Assembly: GCA_965217185.1 (NCBI GenBank)
Contig: OZ244252.1
Coordinates: 1 to 64,000, forward strand
Source: an uncultured Candidatus Entotheonella sp.
GTDB taxonomy: Bacteria > Tectomicrobia > Entotheonellia > Entotheonellales > Entotheonellaceae
Direction of reading: 5' to 3'
Length of the DNA: 64,000 nucleotides
Shown: positions 42,949-52,908 of the stretch, in pieces
How positions within the stretch are numbered: the stretch's first letter is position 1
How the letters are laid out: each line of letters starts with the position of its first letter
The notes under the pieces: generated by a model
Told to the model about the DNA's origin: nothing
Databases searched by the model: none
What the model saw: the letters and a program-made list of their open reading frames with translations, nothing else
Translations under genes and position numbers: made by a program

Positions 42949-44286
42949 TCAGTCGGACGTGTCGGAAGCGATGGGGGTCATCTCGCCGTGCGGTTCGGGA
43001 AGGGTGATTTCGAGGCGTTCGATGCGCAAGTGGTCCATGGCGGTGACGTGGAAGGTGACGCCATCGACTCGCACGTATTCGCCCACCGTGGGGATGTGCT
43101 CCAAGGCTGAGAGAACCAAGCCGGCGACGGTGACGTAATCGTCATCGGGCAGGTCCAGGTTGTAGCGTTCGTTGAGTTTCTCGATGGCCAGGTCGCCCGG
43201 CACGCTGAGGTGCCCCTCCGGTGTCGCCTGCATGTTCTCGCTGGCGTCGTCATGCTCGTCAAATATCTCCCCGACTATCTCCTCGATAAGGTCTTCAAGG
43301 GTAATCAGCCCCAGGGTTCCGCCGTATTCGTCGACGACGATGGCCATGTGCGCGTTGCGTTGTTGCAGGACACGCATCAGCTCGTCCACACGCGCCGTGG
43401 GGGGGATGAAGTACGGCTTGCGCATGATGGCGTCGAGGCTGAAAGGCCCGTCGTCGTTGGGGAAGGCCAAGAGGTCCTTGGCGAGTACAACCCCAACGAT
43501 GTGGTCGAGCGCGTCGTCGTAGACCGGCAGCCGCGAGTTGCCGCTGCGGCGCACGACCTCGATCACCTTTTCCAGCGGCCAGGAGCGCTCCACGGCCCAG
43601 ATATCGGTTCGCGGCGTCATGGCCTGCCGTACGCTGGTGTGCGACATGTCAAAAACGCTGGCGATCATACGGGCGTCCGACTCCTCCACCAGACCGTGCC
43701 GGCGGCTTTCCGAAAGCAACAGCAGCAGTTCTTCGGGTGCGTGTACGCGTTCCACGTGACTTGGCGGACGCACTGAGAAGAGTCGCAGGAAGACGCTGGC
43801 GCTCTGGTTCAGGAGCCAGATCGCCGGCCAGAAGGCGTACGTGAACAGCGTCAACGGACGCACGACCCAGCGGCTGATTTGCTCCGGGTGGAGCAGCGCC
43901 AGGGATTTAGGGGCGAGCTCGCCCAGGACGATGTGCAGAAAGGTGATGCAGGCGAAGGCCGCCGTTCCCGCCACCGCGTGTGACGCCAAGCCGGCGAAAG
44001 GGGAGGGTAGGGCATGAAAGGCGTGCATGAGCAGGGTGGCGAGGGTTGCCTTGCCGATCCAGCCCAGCGACAAAGAGGCGAGGGTGATGCCTAGTTGGGT
44101 GGCGGAAATGTAGTCGTCGAGGTGCTGCAAGGCTTTCAGAGCGGCGCGCGCCTTGCCGTCCCCGGCCTCGGCGAGGGTTTGCAGGCGGGTGGCGCGGGCT
44201 CCGACGAGGGCAAATTCCGCTGCTACGAAGAAAGCATTCAGCCCGACAAGTGCCAGAATCGCCCAGATGCGAAACAAGACGTCCAT
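42949..44286 (-). CDS. CNNM/CBS/CorC hemolysin-family Mg/Co transporter
   Basis: NAFFVAAEFALV, QLGIT, GELAPK, MTPR, VDEYGG, EEIVGEI.DE. Confidence 0.93.
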   Translation of the reverse strand: MDVLFRIWAILALVGLNAFFVAAEFALVGARATRLQTLAEAGDGKARAALKALQHLDDYISATQLGITLASLSLGWIGKATLATLLMHAFHALPSPFAGLASHAVAGTAAFACITFLHIVLGELAPKSLALLHPEQISRWVVRPLTLFTYAFWPAIWLLNQSASVFLRLFSVRPPSHVERVHAPEELLLLLSESRRHGLVEESDARMIASVFDMSHTSVRQAMTPRTDIWAVERSWPLEKVIEVVRRSGNSRLPVYDDALDHIVGVVLAKDLLAFPNDDGPFSLDAIMRKPYFIPPTARVDELMRVLQQRNAHMAIVVDEYGGTLGLITLEDLIEEIVGEIFDEHDDASENMQATPEGHLSVPGDLAIEKLNERYNLDLPDDDYVTVAGLVLSALEHIPTVGEYVRVDGVTFHVTAMDHLRIERLEITLPEPHGEMTPIASDTSD

Positions 44287-44473
44287 GGAGGCCCTTGTAT
44301 GCAAGGGTATCGAACGAGTCCCTACTTACCGAGGCTCGCCCTGCGCCATCGTTCTGGGTGCATTGGTGTCATTATAGCAGCGGGTTCCGGTCAGGAACAA
44401 GTGTGCTACAATCAGCCGCCGTCATCTTCCGACCTTTATTTGAGCCTGTCGTGCACGCTCCGGAGCCAATCTC

Positions 44474-45853
44474 ATGGATGGAACCCCAACGGTCCAGCCG
44501 CGGGAAGTGATACCCCATCGCGCCCTGCCGGTGGAGGCGACCCGCCGCCTGCTGCGCCGTGAGGCATACTCCAATCTGGTGCGATTGCTCGCCAAGCTGC
44601 ACGGCAGCGAGTGCGCCGAAATTCTCCATAACATGACGCTCAGCGAGCAGAGCAAATTGCTGGAGCGCCTGCCCGATATGGCCCTTGCCACCACCATGTT
44701 CACCTACCTCGACGAGGAGACGCGCGCCGCTCTGGTGCCGCATCTGTCTACCGCTCGCCTTGTGGCGATGGTCAAGCTCTTGCCGCCGGACGACGCCACC
44801 GACATCCTCGGCGAGATGCCCCCGGAACGCTTGACGGAAATGCTGCATCATCTGCCCGAAGCGCTGGCTGCCCAGATCGACCGTCTGCTGTCGTATGATC
44901 CGCGCACGGCCGGTGGCCTCATGACCACGCAGTACTTTTCGCTGGAGGACACGTGCACGGTCTCCGAGGCCCTGCAGCATCTCCGCAGGGCGGGGCAGGC
45001 CGAGACGGTGTTTTATGTCTACGTGGTGGATAGCGAGCACCGCCTGGCCGGCGTCGTGTCGCTGCGGCAACTGGTGATGGCTGACCCCGAGAGCCGGCTG
45101 CGCGACCTCATGGAGAGCGAGGTGATTCGCGTTAGCCTGGACGAGCCGCAGGAGGACATCGCGCGCCTGATCACCCGGTTCGATTTCCTTGCCCTGCCGG
45201 TCGTCGACGGCCAGGGCCGCATGATGGGCATCGTAACGGTTGATGACATCATCGACGTCATTGGCGAGGAGGCGACGGAGGACATCCTGCGCCTCGCCGG
45301 TGTTCACCCGGACGAGATGCTCGACAGTTCTTCCCGACGCACCATTCGACACCGCCTGCCGTGGTTGTTCGTGAGCTGGCTCGGCGGCCTGCTCGCCTCA
45401 TACATCATCAACGCCTACGAAGTCACCCTGCAGAGCCTGGTCGTGCTGGCGGTGTTTTTCCCCGTAATCATCGGCATGGGCGGCAACGCTGCCACGCAAT
45501 CGCTGGCTGTGGCCGTCCGCGGCTTGGCCACCGGCGCCATTGATCCGAGCAGGTTTCTCCACGCCTTGTTGCGAGAAAGCCGCGTCGGGTTATCGTTGGG
45601 GGTGATTTATGGTGTGTTGCTGGGGGCGGTGGCGTTCATCTGGCAGGGCACCCCGATGCTGGGGCTGGTGGTGGGCTCGGCGATCTGCGCCTCGATGACG
45701 GTCGCCGCCGTGCTGGGCGGTCTGCTGCCGTTGGCTTTCGCTCGTATTGGCGTCGATCCGGCCGTGGCGAGCGGGCCGTTTCTCACCACCGCCATTGATA
45801 TCATCGGTTTGGTCATGTACCTGTTTGCCGCCCAGTTTTTCTTGCTTGATTGA
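44474..45853 (+). CDS. mgtE: Magnesium transporter MgtE
   Basis: DDATD, TAGGLMT, CBS pair, RLPWL, GGNAATQS, DPAVASGPFLTTAID. Confidence 0.95.
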   Translation: MDGTPTVQPREVIPHRALPVEATRRLLRREAYSNLVRLLAKLHGSECAEILHNMTLSEQSKLLERLPDMALATTMFTYLDEETRAALVPHLSTARLVAMVKLLPPDDATDILGEMPPERLTEMLHHLPEALAAQIDRLLSYDPRTAGGLMTTQYFSLEDTCTVSEALQHLRRAGQAETVFYVYVVDSEHRLAGVVSLRQLVMADPESRLRDLMESEVIRVSLDEPQEDIARLITRFDFLALPVVDGQGRMMGIVTVDDIIDVIGEEATEDILRLAGVHPDEMLDSSSRRTIRHRLPWLFVSWLGGLLASYIINAYEVTLQSLVVLAVFFPVIIGMGGNAATQSLAVAVRGLATGAIDPSRFLHALLRESRVGLSLGVIYGVLLGAVAFIWQGTPMLGLVVGSAICASMTVAAVLGGLLPLAFARIGVDPAVASGPFLTTAIDIIGLVMYLFAAQFFLLD

Positions 45854-45921
45854 AGAAAAGAAAAAAGCCCTGCTGAGGCGGCGTTCGTACCGCACGAGCA
45901 GGGCTTTGTATCGTCGCAGGT

Positions 45922-46401
45922 TTAGTGAAGGGCGCGCGTGGCGTGCGGCCAACGTTCGGCGATGGCTTCCTGTTGCATCGTCGTCAGCCGGGTCCATTGC
46001 GCTTGCCGGGCTGCATCGGGATTAATGTCGAGGAGCCCGCACAGGACCGCGAAATCCTGTTGGTGAAAGACAAAGGTGGCAGCTTCCCAGAAGCTGTCGT
46101 CCAGGCTGTGCTCCAGGTCGTGTTGGGCGGTACGCAGGACGGCGCCAAGCAGTTGCGCGCAGGCATCGTAAGGAACCGCCTCGCTGGGTACCGAACGGTA
46201 GGCCGTGCAGCTTGTGCAACTCAACCCCATCCAGCCTTGATCGGCAGCGGTGCCCAGACAGGTACTGTAGTGGACGCAGGTGTACTGGGCGTGTCCAACA
46301 CTGCTGGCTTCTGGCTGAGGATTCGGTGTCGGGGTAGCTTCGATGGAGTCGAGACTGACGGCGGCGGGTGTGGGAAACGATGACAGGGATTGTCCGTGCA
46401 T
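45922..46401 (-). CDS. Cys-rich hypothetical protein
   Basis: AAGGAG upstream of ATG 46401; C-x5-C...W...C-x2-C plus a helical C-terminal domain. Confidence 0.65.
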   Translation of the reverse strand: MHGQSLSSFPTPAAVSLDSIEATPTPNPQPEASSVGHAQYTCVHYSTCLGTAADQGWMGLSCTSCTAYRSVPSEAVPYDACAQLLGAVLRTAQHDLEHSLDDSFWEAATFVFHQQDFAVLCGLLDINPDAARQAQWTRLTTMQQEAIAERWPHATRALH

Positions 46402-46518
46402 CCCTTGCAACTCCTTAATTTAGCAGCGTTCTATTATCCTGCATGACAGGAGACGACTGCTTTCATAATGTGGATAAAGGTGTGTACAAGTGTCTTGCAA
46501 AGATAGCACACCATGCGG

Positions 46519-47073
46519 CTATCGGCAACGATTTTCGCTCAGGGTAGCGGCGAGCGCGTCCGCATACGCCTCGTATGTTCGGTCGTCGAAAAGGACGAAT
46601 CGGACCATATCCGGCCGGCCATGCAGCCGCAGATAGGTGGCCACGGTGTGCAATGCGATGCGGGCGGCTTGTTGCAATGGGTAGGCATAGGCGCCGGTTG
46701 AAAGCGAAGGGAAGGCGATGCTGGCGCATTGCTGGGCGCCGGCGACTTCGAGACTGCGCCGGTACGCGCTTGCCAGCAAGGATTTCTCCTGATTCTGCCC
46801 GCCTTCCCAAACTGGTCCTACGGTATGAATGACGCATCGTGCCGGCAACTTGCCGGATCCGGTGACGACCGCGTCGCCCGTTGGACAGCCTTGCGGATAG
46901 TGTCGCCGTGTCTCTTCCATGATGCTGGGACCGCCGCCGCGGTGGATGGCGCCGTCCACACCCCCACCTCCGGCGAGCCGACTGTTGGCTGCGTTGACGA
47001 TGGCATCGGTCGCCTGACGGATAATGTCGCCGGTGACCAGTTCCAATTTGCATGCGCCGATGGTTGCCTGCAT
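46519..47073 (-). CDS. Macrodomain protein (YmdB-like O-acetyl-ADP-ribose deacetylase)
   Basis: GDI, AIVNAAN, GGGGVDGAIH, IHTVGP, AFPSLSTGAY. Confidence 0.93.
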   Translation of the reverse strand: MQATIGACKLELVTGDIIRQATDAIVNAANSRLAGGGGVDGAIHRGGGPSIMEETRRHYPQGCPTGDAVVTGSGKLPARCVIHTVGPVWEGGQNQEKSLLASAYRRSLEVAGAQQCASIAFPSLSTGAYAYPLQQAARIALHTVATYLRLHGRPDMVRFVLFDDRTYEAYADALAATLSENRCR

Positions 47074-47200
47074 CGTTCCGCTCCTCCTGGGTCTGTGGAC
47101 CGCCCTTTTCCTTGTTCCAACCATTTTATCTATCGTAGAATGCCGCCCTTGAGAATGCGAGCGCAGCGTGTTGAATGCCCACCCCAGGAGAAGATGATTC

Positions 47201-50200
47201 ATGCCCTTTCAGGATGTCCCCGCCAAAGTTGATGACTACGCCAAGCAGGAACACGAGGTGCTGCAGTTGTGGAAGGATACCGACGCCTTCCAAACCCTGC
47301 GCACCTTGCATGCCGGGCAGCCGAAATGGTCCTTTCTGGACGGGCCGGTGACGGCCAACAACCCGCTCGGCGTGCATCACGGATGGGGGCGGACGTACAA
47401 GGACGTGTTCAACCGTTTCTGGACCATGCGCGGCCGGGAACTGCGCTACCAGAACGGCTTCGATTGCCAGGGGCTATGGGTCGAGGTGGAGGTGGAGAAG
47501 GAACTGGGCTTCCGGTCCAAGCGCGACATCGAAACCTACGGCCTGGACGCCTTCGTTCGTAAATGCAAGGAGCGGGTGTTGCGGTTTGCCGCCGTGCAGA
47601 CGGAACAATCGATCCGGCTGGGCTATTGGATGGACTGGAACGACCCGGACCGCCTGCGCCAGTTGGCGACCGCCCTCATGGAAAATCCCTCGCAGCGTAT
47701 GACCGTGCAAGGCCCTCGCGGCAAGGTGACGGACACTGCGGAGCAATTGGTGGGGCGCCTCGGCATGCCGGACCTCGGCGGCAGTTACTTCACGTTCTCG
47801 AACGAGAACAACTACATGATCTGGACCTTTCTCAAGCAGTGTTGGCAGCGCGGCTGGCTATACCGCGGTGCCGACGTGATGCCGTGGTGCTCGCGCTGCG
47901 CCACCGGCATCAGCCAGCACGAGATCGTCACCGACGGGTACCAGGAACTCACCCACACCTCCATCACCCTGCGCCTGCCGCTGCGCGGGCGGGAACGGGA
48001 ATCCCTGCTGGTGTGGACCACAACGCCTTGGACGCTGCCCAGCAACGTGGTGGCCGCGGTCGGCCCGAAACTCACCTATGTCAAGGTCAGGCAGGGCGAC
48101 GAGGTGTTCTATCTGTCCAAGGGTACCCTGCACATGCTGCGCGGGGCGTACGAAGTCCTGGGCGAGATGCCGGGCTCGGTGCTTGAAGGCTGGACGTATG
48201 ACGGCCCTTTTGACCACCTGGAGGCGGCCCGCCGGCCTGGTGGCAACGGCGCCCTGCGAGACCTCGCGCAAGACGTGTCGGTGTGCGCCGCCGAGGCGCA
48301 CCGCGTCGTGTTGTGGGACGAGGTGAGCGAGACCGAAGGCACCGGCATCGTGCACATTGCCCCCGGCTGCGGCGCCGAGGACTTCCGGCTGGGCAAGGAG
48401 CACAACCTGCCGATTCTGGCCCCCCTCGATGAGGAAGGATACGTCCTGGCCGGTTTCGGCGATTTCAGCGGCCAGCACGTCTCGGCGCTTCTGGACGGCA
48501 TCCGGCAGACGCTCACCGACTCGGGGCGCCTGTACCACGTCGAGCCGTACACGCACCGTTACCCGACCTGCTGGCGCTGCGCCACCGAGTTGGTCTTTCG
48601 CCTGGTGGACGAGTGGTTCATCAGCATGGACGAATTGCGCCACGCCATGATGGAGGTGACGAAGCAGATCCGCTGGATACCCGCCTTCGGCCTGGACCGC
48701 GAACTCGACTGGCTGCGCAACATGCACGACTGGATGATCAGCAAGAAACGCTACTGGGGCTTGGCGTTGCCATTCTGGGAATGCGCCGCCTGCGGCCATT
48801 ACGAGGTGATTGGCGATGACCGGGAACTCGCGGCGCGGGCGGTGGCGGGTTGGGAGGACTTCGAGGGGCATACTCCCCATCGGCCCTACATCGATGCGGT
48901 CCAGATCGCCTGTTCCAAGTGCGGCGGCCGGATGCAGCGCATCGCCGACGTGGCGAACCCGTGGCTGGATGCCGGCATCGTCAGCTTCAGCACCCTGGGA
49001 TACCGAACCGAGCGCGAGGCGTGGCGCGATTGGTACCCGGCGCACTGGATCAGCGAGTCGTTCCCCGGCCAGTTCCGCAACTGGTTCTACAGCCTGCTGG
49101 CCATGGGCACGGTGCTGGAGAACAGCCCGCCGTTCAAGGAGTGTTTCGGCTACGCTACGCTGATTGCCGAAGACGGGCGGGCCATGCACAAGAGCTGGGG
49201 CAACGCCATCGAGTTCAACGAGGCCGCCGACCACATGGGCGTCGACGTCATGCGTTGGCTGTACTGCGCGCACAAGCCGGAGAACAACCTGCCGTTCGGC
49301 TACCAGCGGGCCGATGAGGTGCGTCGGCAGTTCCTCATCCCGCTGTGGAACATGTACAGCTTCTTCGTCACCTACGCGAATCTCGACGGCTGGGCACCCG
49401 ATCGGGAGGGATTCGAGCCGGGGTGCCCGGAGGGACCGACGCCGCACAGCGACAACATTCTGGATACGTGGATTGTGGCGCGCCTCAACCAGCTCACAGA
49501 GCGCTGCACGGCAAGCCTGCAGGATTCGGACACGCACGCCGCCACCCTGGTCATCGCGGCGTTTCTGGACGACCTGAGCAACTGGTACATCCGCCGTAGC
49601 CGCCGGCGCTATTGGAAAAGCACGCACGACACGGACAAGCATACGGCCTACGCCACGCTCTACCACGTGCTGGTGAAGCTGATCAAGCTTTTGGCGCCGT
49701 TGACGCCGTTCGTTACTGAGGTGATGTACCAGAACCTGGTGCGCGCCATGCAGCCGGCGGCTTACGACAGCGTGCATCACTGTGACTGGCCGGAGGTGGG
49801 CATGGCCGTCGTGGACGCTACGCTGCTGGACCAGATGACCCTGGCCCGGCAGATCACCAGCCTGGGGCTGGGGTCCCGAGGCAGCGCCAACATCAAGGTG
49901 CGCCAGCCCCTGTCGGCGGCGCTGGCTTATGTGCACGAGGGCGAGACCGTGTGGAGCGAGACGTACACGGCGATTGTGTGCGAGGAGTTGAACGTCAAGT
50001 CGCTGCAATTCGTTGAGCAGGAGGCGCAGTTGCTGAGCTACGAGGTGCTTCCCAACAACAAGCTGCTCGGTCCGCGATTGGGAGCCACCCTGGGCCGTGT
50101 GCGCGCGGCGCTGACCCATACCGACGCGGGCGCGGTGGTGCAGCAAGTACAGTCCGGCAATCCCGTGGCGCTGAGCATCGACGGCGAGACGTTCGAGCTT

Positions 50201-50578
50201 GCCCCCGACGAGGTGCTCATCCGCACCCACCCCGCCGCCGGGCTGGCGATCGCCACCGACCGCGGCGTCACCGTTGCCGTGGAAACCGACATCACCCCGG
50301 AGTTGCGCACCGAGGGTCTGGCCCGCGAGTTGGTTCGCCGTATCCAGGTCATGCGCCGTGACGCCGGATTCAACATCGCCGACCGCATCGTCACCTACGG
50401 CCTCTGCGACGGGCCGCTGGCTGACGCCCTGCTCACCTGGAGCGATTACGTCAAGGCCGAAACCCTCAGCATCGACCTCGTTGCCAGCGTGCCCCCGCCC
50501 GAAGCATACAGCGAAGAGCACCGCATCGACGGCATGACCATCACACTGGGTGTGCAGCGACAAGTGGTTCCAGTGTAA
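47201..50578 (+). CDS. ileS: Isoleucine--tRNA ligase, type 2
   Basis: DGPVTAN, WTTTPWTL, GTGIVHIAP, DWMISKKRYWG, C-terminal EGLARELVRRIQ..R domain. Confidence 0.95.
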   Translation: MPFQDVPAKVDDYAKQEHEVLQLWKDTDAFQTLRTLHAGQPKWSFLDGPVTANNPLGVHHGWGRTYKDVFNRFWTMRGRELRYQNGFDCQGLWVEVEVEKELGFRSKRDIETYGLDAFVRKCKERVLRFAAVQTEQSIRLGYWMDWNDPDRLRQLATALMENPSQRMTVQGPRGKVTDTAEQLVGRLGMPDLGGSYFTFSNENNYMIWTFLKQCWQRGWLYRGADVMPWCSRCATGISQHEIVTDGYQELTHTSITLRLPLRGRERESLLVWTTTPWTLPSNVVAAVGPKLTYVKVRQGDEVFYLSKGTLHMLRGAYEVLGEMPGSVLEGWTYDGPFDHLEAARRPGGNGALRDLAQDVSVCAAEAHRVVLWDEVSETEGTGIVHIAPGCGAEDFRLGKEHNLPILAPLDEEGYVLAGFGDFSGQHVSALLDGIRQTLTDSGRLYHVEPYTHRYPTCWRCATELVFRLVDEWFISMDELRHAMMEVTKQIRWIPAFGLDRELDWLRNMHDWMISKKRYWGLALPFWECAACGHYEVIGDDRELAARAVAGWEDFEGHTPHRPYIDAVQIACSKCGGRMQRIADVANPWLDAGIVSFSTLGYRTEREAWRDWYPAHWISESFPGQFRNWFYSLLAMGTVLENSPPFKECFGYATLIAEDGRAMHKSWGNAIEFNEAADHMGVDVMRWLYCAHKPENNLPFGYQRADEVRRQFLIPLWNMYSFFVTYANLDGWAPDREGFEPGCPEGPTPHSDNILDTWIVARLNQLTERCTASLQDSDTHAATLVIAAFLDDLSNWYIRRSRRRYWKSTHDTDKHTAYATLYHVLVKLIKLLAPLTPFVTEVMYQNLVRAMQPAAYDSVHHCDWPEVGMAVVDATLLDQMTLARQITSLGLGSRGSANIKVRQPLSAALAYVHEGETVWSETYTAIVCEELNVKSLQFVEQEAQLLSYEVLPNNKLLGPRLGATLGRVRAALTHTDAGAVVQQVQSGNPVALSIDGETFELAPDEVLIRTHPAAGLAIATDRGVTVAVETDITPELRTEGLARELVRRIQVMRRDAGFNIADRIVTYGLCDGPLADALLTWSDYVKAETLSIDLVASVPPPEAYSEEHRIDGMTITLGVQRQVVPV

Positions 50579-50637
50579 CCGCGGCAGGGGCGTTGCTGCT
50601 TGACACGAAGTCTTTTGTCAGTGGGAGGAAAATCATC

Positions 50638-51942
50638 ATGCCAATGGATAAATCTTGGCCTCTGGAGGCTCCGTACCTCCACGCATTCTTTGCCGCGGAC
50701 CCCGTTGCGGCGGACCACGCCTTCTTTGGACGAACGTCGTACGCCGACCGGCGCGGTTTTCTGCGGGGCGCCGGGCTTGCCGCCATGGCGGCGATGGTGG
50801 GCGCAGCGATCCCGTTCCACCGCAACATGCCGGTGGGCTTCATTCCGGCTGTATTCGCCGATGAGGCGGTGCTGGTCGGGAAGGACGGATTGACGCTGCT
50901 GAACGACCGGCCGCTCAACGCCGAAACCCCACCGCATCTGCTGGATGATCCCATCACCCCGACCCCTCGCCATTTCATTCGCAACAACGGCATCCCGCCA
51001 TCCGAAGCAGACCCGGACACCTGGACGCTCACCATCGACGGACTCGTCGACCGCCCCATGACCCTGTCGATCGCTGATCTTCAATCGAGGTTCGAAGTCG
51101 TCACGCTGGCCCTTGCCATTGAATGCGGGGGCAACGGACGGGCCTTCTTCGAACCGCCGGCAAGGGGCAACCAGTGGACCTATGGCGCGGTGGCCTGTTC
51201 GGAGTGGACCGGGGTGCGGCTCAAGGACGTGCTGGGGGCGGCTGGCGTGCAGCCCAACGTTGTCTATACCGCCCACGTCGGTGCCGATGGGCATCTCTCC
51301 GGGCAGCCGGACAAGCTTCCCATCTCGCGCGGCGTACCGATTGCCAAGGCGATGACGGACAACGTGCTCATCGCCTTTGGCCAAAATGGCGGCCCGATTC
51401 ATCCGATGAACGGAGCGCCGCTGCGGCTCGTCGTTCCCGGCTGGCCGGGATCGTGCTCGCAGAAATGGCTCCGGCGCATCTCCCTCCGCGATGTCGTGCA
51501 CGATGGCGCCAAGATGACCGGCACCTCGTACCGCGTGCCGAGCTACAAGATCGAGCCGGGTGAGAAAGTCGATAAAACAGAGTTCGTCATCATTGAGCGG
51601 ATGCCCGTCAAATCCCTTATTACCCATCCCGCGAACGGGGTGGCGGTGGGGCGTGCCGTTGAGGTGCGCGGCCATGCCTGGTCGGGCGACCGAATGGTCG
51701 CCGCGGTCGATGTTTCCTACGACTTTGGCGCCACCTGGATACCAGCCGCGCTAGACGCCCCCGCAAACGATGGCGCTTGGCAGAACTTTCGCGCCAACGT
51801 GGCGCTGTCCGCAGCCGGATACTACGAAATCTGGGCGCGGGCCACCGACAGCGCCGGGATGATGCAGCCCCACGCCATCGACTGGAATCCCAAGGGATAC
51901 CTCAACAACACGATGCACCGGGTTGCCCTTCGGGTATCGTGA
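50638..51942 (+). CDS. Periplasmic molybdopterin sulfite oxidase/dehydrogenase (SorT/SorA-like)
   Basis: Tat motif RRGFL, HFIRNN, ECGGNGR (Mo-Cys), GAPLRLVVPG, Ig-like dimerisation domain. Confidence 0.92.
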   Translation: MPMDKSWPLEAPYLHAFFAADPVAADHAFFGRTSYADRRGFLRGAGLAAMAAMVGAAIPFHRNMPVGFIPAVFADEAVLVGKDGLTLLNDRPLNAETPPHLLDDPITPTPRHFIRNNGIPPSEADPDTWTLTIDGLVDRPMTLSIADLQSRFEVVTLALAIECGGNGRAFFEPPARGNQWTYGAVACSEWTGVRLKDVLGAAGVQPNVVYTAHVGADGHLSGQPDKLPISRGVPIAKAMTDNVLIAFGQNGGPIHPMNGAPLRLVVPGWPGSCSQKWLRRISLRDVVHDGAKMTGTSYRVPSYKIEPGEKVDKTEFVIIERMPVKSLITHPANGVAVGRAVEVRGHAWSGDRMVAAVDVSYDFGATWIPAALDAPANDGAWQNFRANVALSAAGYYEIWARATDSAGMMQPHAIDWNPKGYLNNTMHRVALRVS

Positions 51943-51959
51943 GCCGGCGTGGCGGGTTG

Positions 51960-52382
51960 ATGAAGACGCAACGGCCGCGGCGTGCCCTGGTCCGAACGAC
52001 CAGGTTGAGACGGGGCGCCGCACGGACTGTCGGGCGCGTTTTTGTCGATGTGATTGCCGTTCTCGTCGTTGCGGTCTGCGTGGCTGCCGGCGAGGATTCG
52101 GAAGAGGCGGGAACCGTGACGGCAAGCCAATCGGAATCGCCTAATTTCGGTATCCTCGTGGTGGGTGACGGTGCGGCAGAGACCTATGCCTATTGCATCG
52201 TCTGTCACTCCGAACGCCTTGTTGCCCAGCAGGGCCTGACCCGGCAAGATTGGGAGGAGGTCATTGAGCTTATGGTGGAAGAGCACGGGATGGCCCCACT
52301 TGCAGGTCCCACCCTCGACCGGGTGCTTGGCTATCTTTCGACTCATTACGGTCCCGACCGCCCGAATTTTCCGCTGCAATAG
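51960..52382 (+). CDS. Small monoheme cytochrome c (SorU-like)
   Basis: CIVCH, QQGL..W..M...GM, YL..HY; directly follows the sulfite oxidase. Confidence 0.85.
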   Translation: MKTQRPRRALVRTTRLRRGAARTVGRVFVDVIAVLVVAVCVAAGEDSEEAGTVTASQSESPNFGILVVGDGAAETYAYCIVCHSERLVAQQGLTRQDWEEVIELMVEEHGMAPLAGPTLDRVLGYLSTHYGPDRPNFPLQ

Positions 52383-52445
52383 GCGAGTTGGGCGGAGGAC
52401 CGGAACCGTCATGACATGAACGCCGACTGAGAAAGGAACCCACAA

Positions 52446-52835
52446 ATGGAAGGGCGCCGCCGCCGAGAATATTGCTGGATCTGCCGACGGGGAACCGTTC
52501 ACATCTTCACCCACACCTTGCAAGAAGACGTCGCCACCGGTGAGTACGCCCTGTGCGAAGTGTGCCAACCTCTCGACCCTATCGCCTGCCATTTCCAGGA
52601 GCGCTTCTGGCGCCTCCTCGGCTGCCCGCCGGGTTACTGGACGTTCATCGGCTGTTTCTCTGCCGCTTGGAAACAGTGTTACCCCAGTGAGCGTTACGAC
52701 TCCCCCACCGACGTCGATCAGCAAGACGTCATCCACCGATTCGACGCGCTCGAACTCGACATCGAGGACCTGAAACAAGGCACCAAAACCCAGGGACGCG
52801 AGTGGCCCTATTGGACGCACGACTTCCCCGATTAG
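52446..52835 (+). CDS. Hypothetical protein with two CxxC motifs
   Basis: AAAGGA RBS; CWIC and CEVC. Confidence 0.6.
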   Translation: MEGRRRREYCWICRRGTVHIFTHTLQEDVATGEYALCEVCQPLDPIACHFQERFWRLLGCPPGYWTFIGCFSAAWKQCYPSERYDSPTDVDQQDVIHRFDALELDIEDLKQGTKTQGREWPYWTHDFPD

Positions 52836-52852
52836 AGCCCTTTTGCATCAAG

Positions 52853-52890
52853 TGTAGGTCGGATTAGCGAAGCGTAATCCGACATTCCAC
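52853..52890 (+). repeat. REP-like repeat copy 4, between convergent genes
   Basis: TGTAGGTCGGATTAGCGAAGCGTAATCCGACATTCCAC. Confidence 0.9.
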
Positions 52891-52908
52891 TGCGCTATCC
52901 CGCCACGA

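Noticed and set aside
44287..44473. M-box riboswitch upstream of mgtE
   Set aside because: Short divergent intergenic region with a promoter-like TGCTACAAT close to the gene; no recognisable aptamer
47074..47200. T-box leader for ileS
   Set aside because: Too short and lacks the T-box motif
47858..50563. 901-aa minus-strand ORF (similarly 5050-6750, 18333-19925, 34037-35851, 40480-42222)
   Set aside because: Antisense shadows of well-supported genes in high-GC DNA; no recognisable motifs
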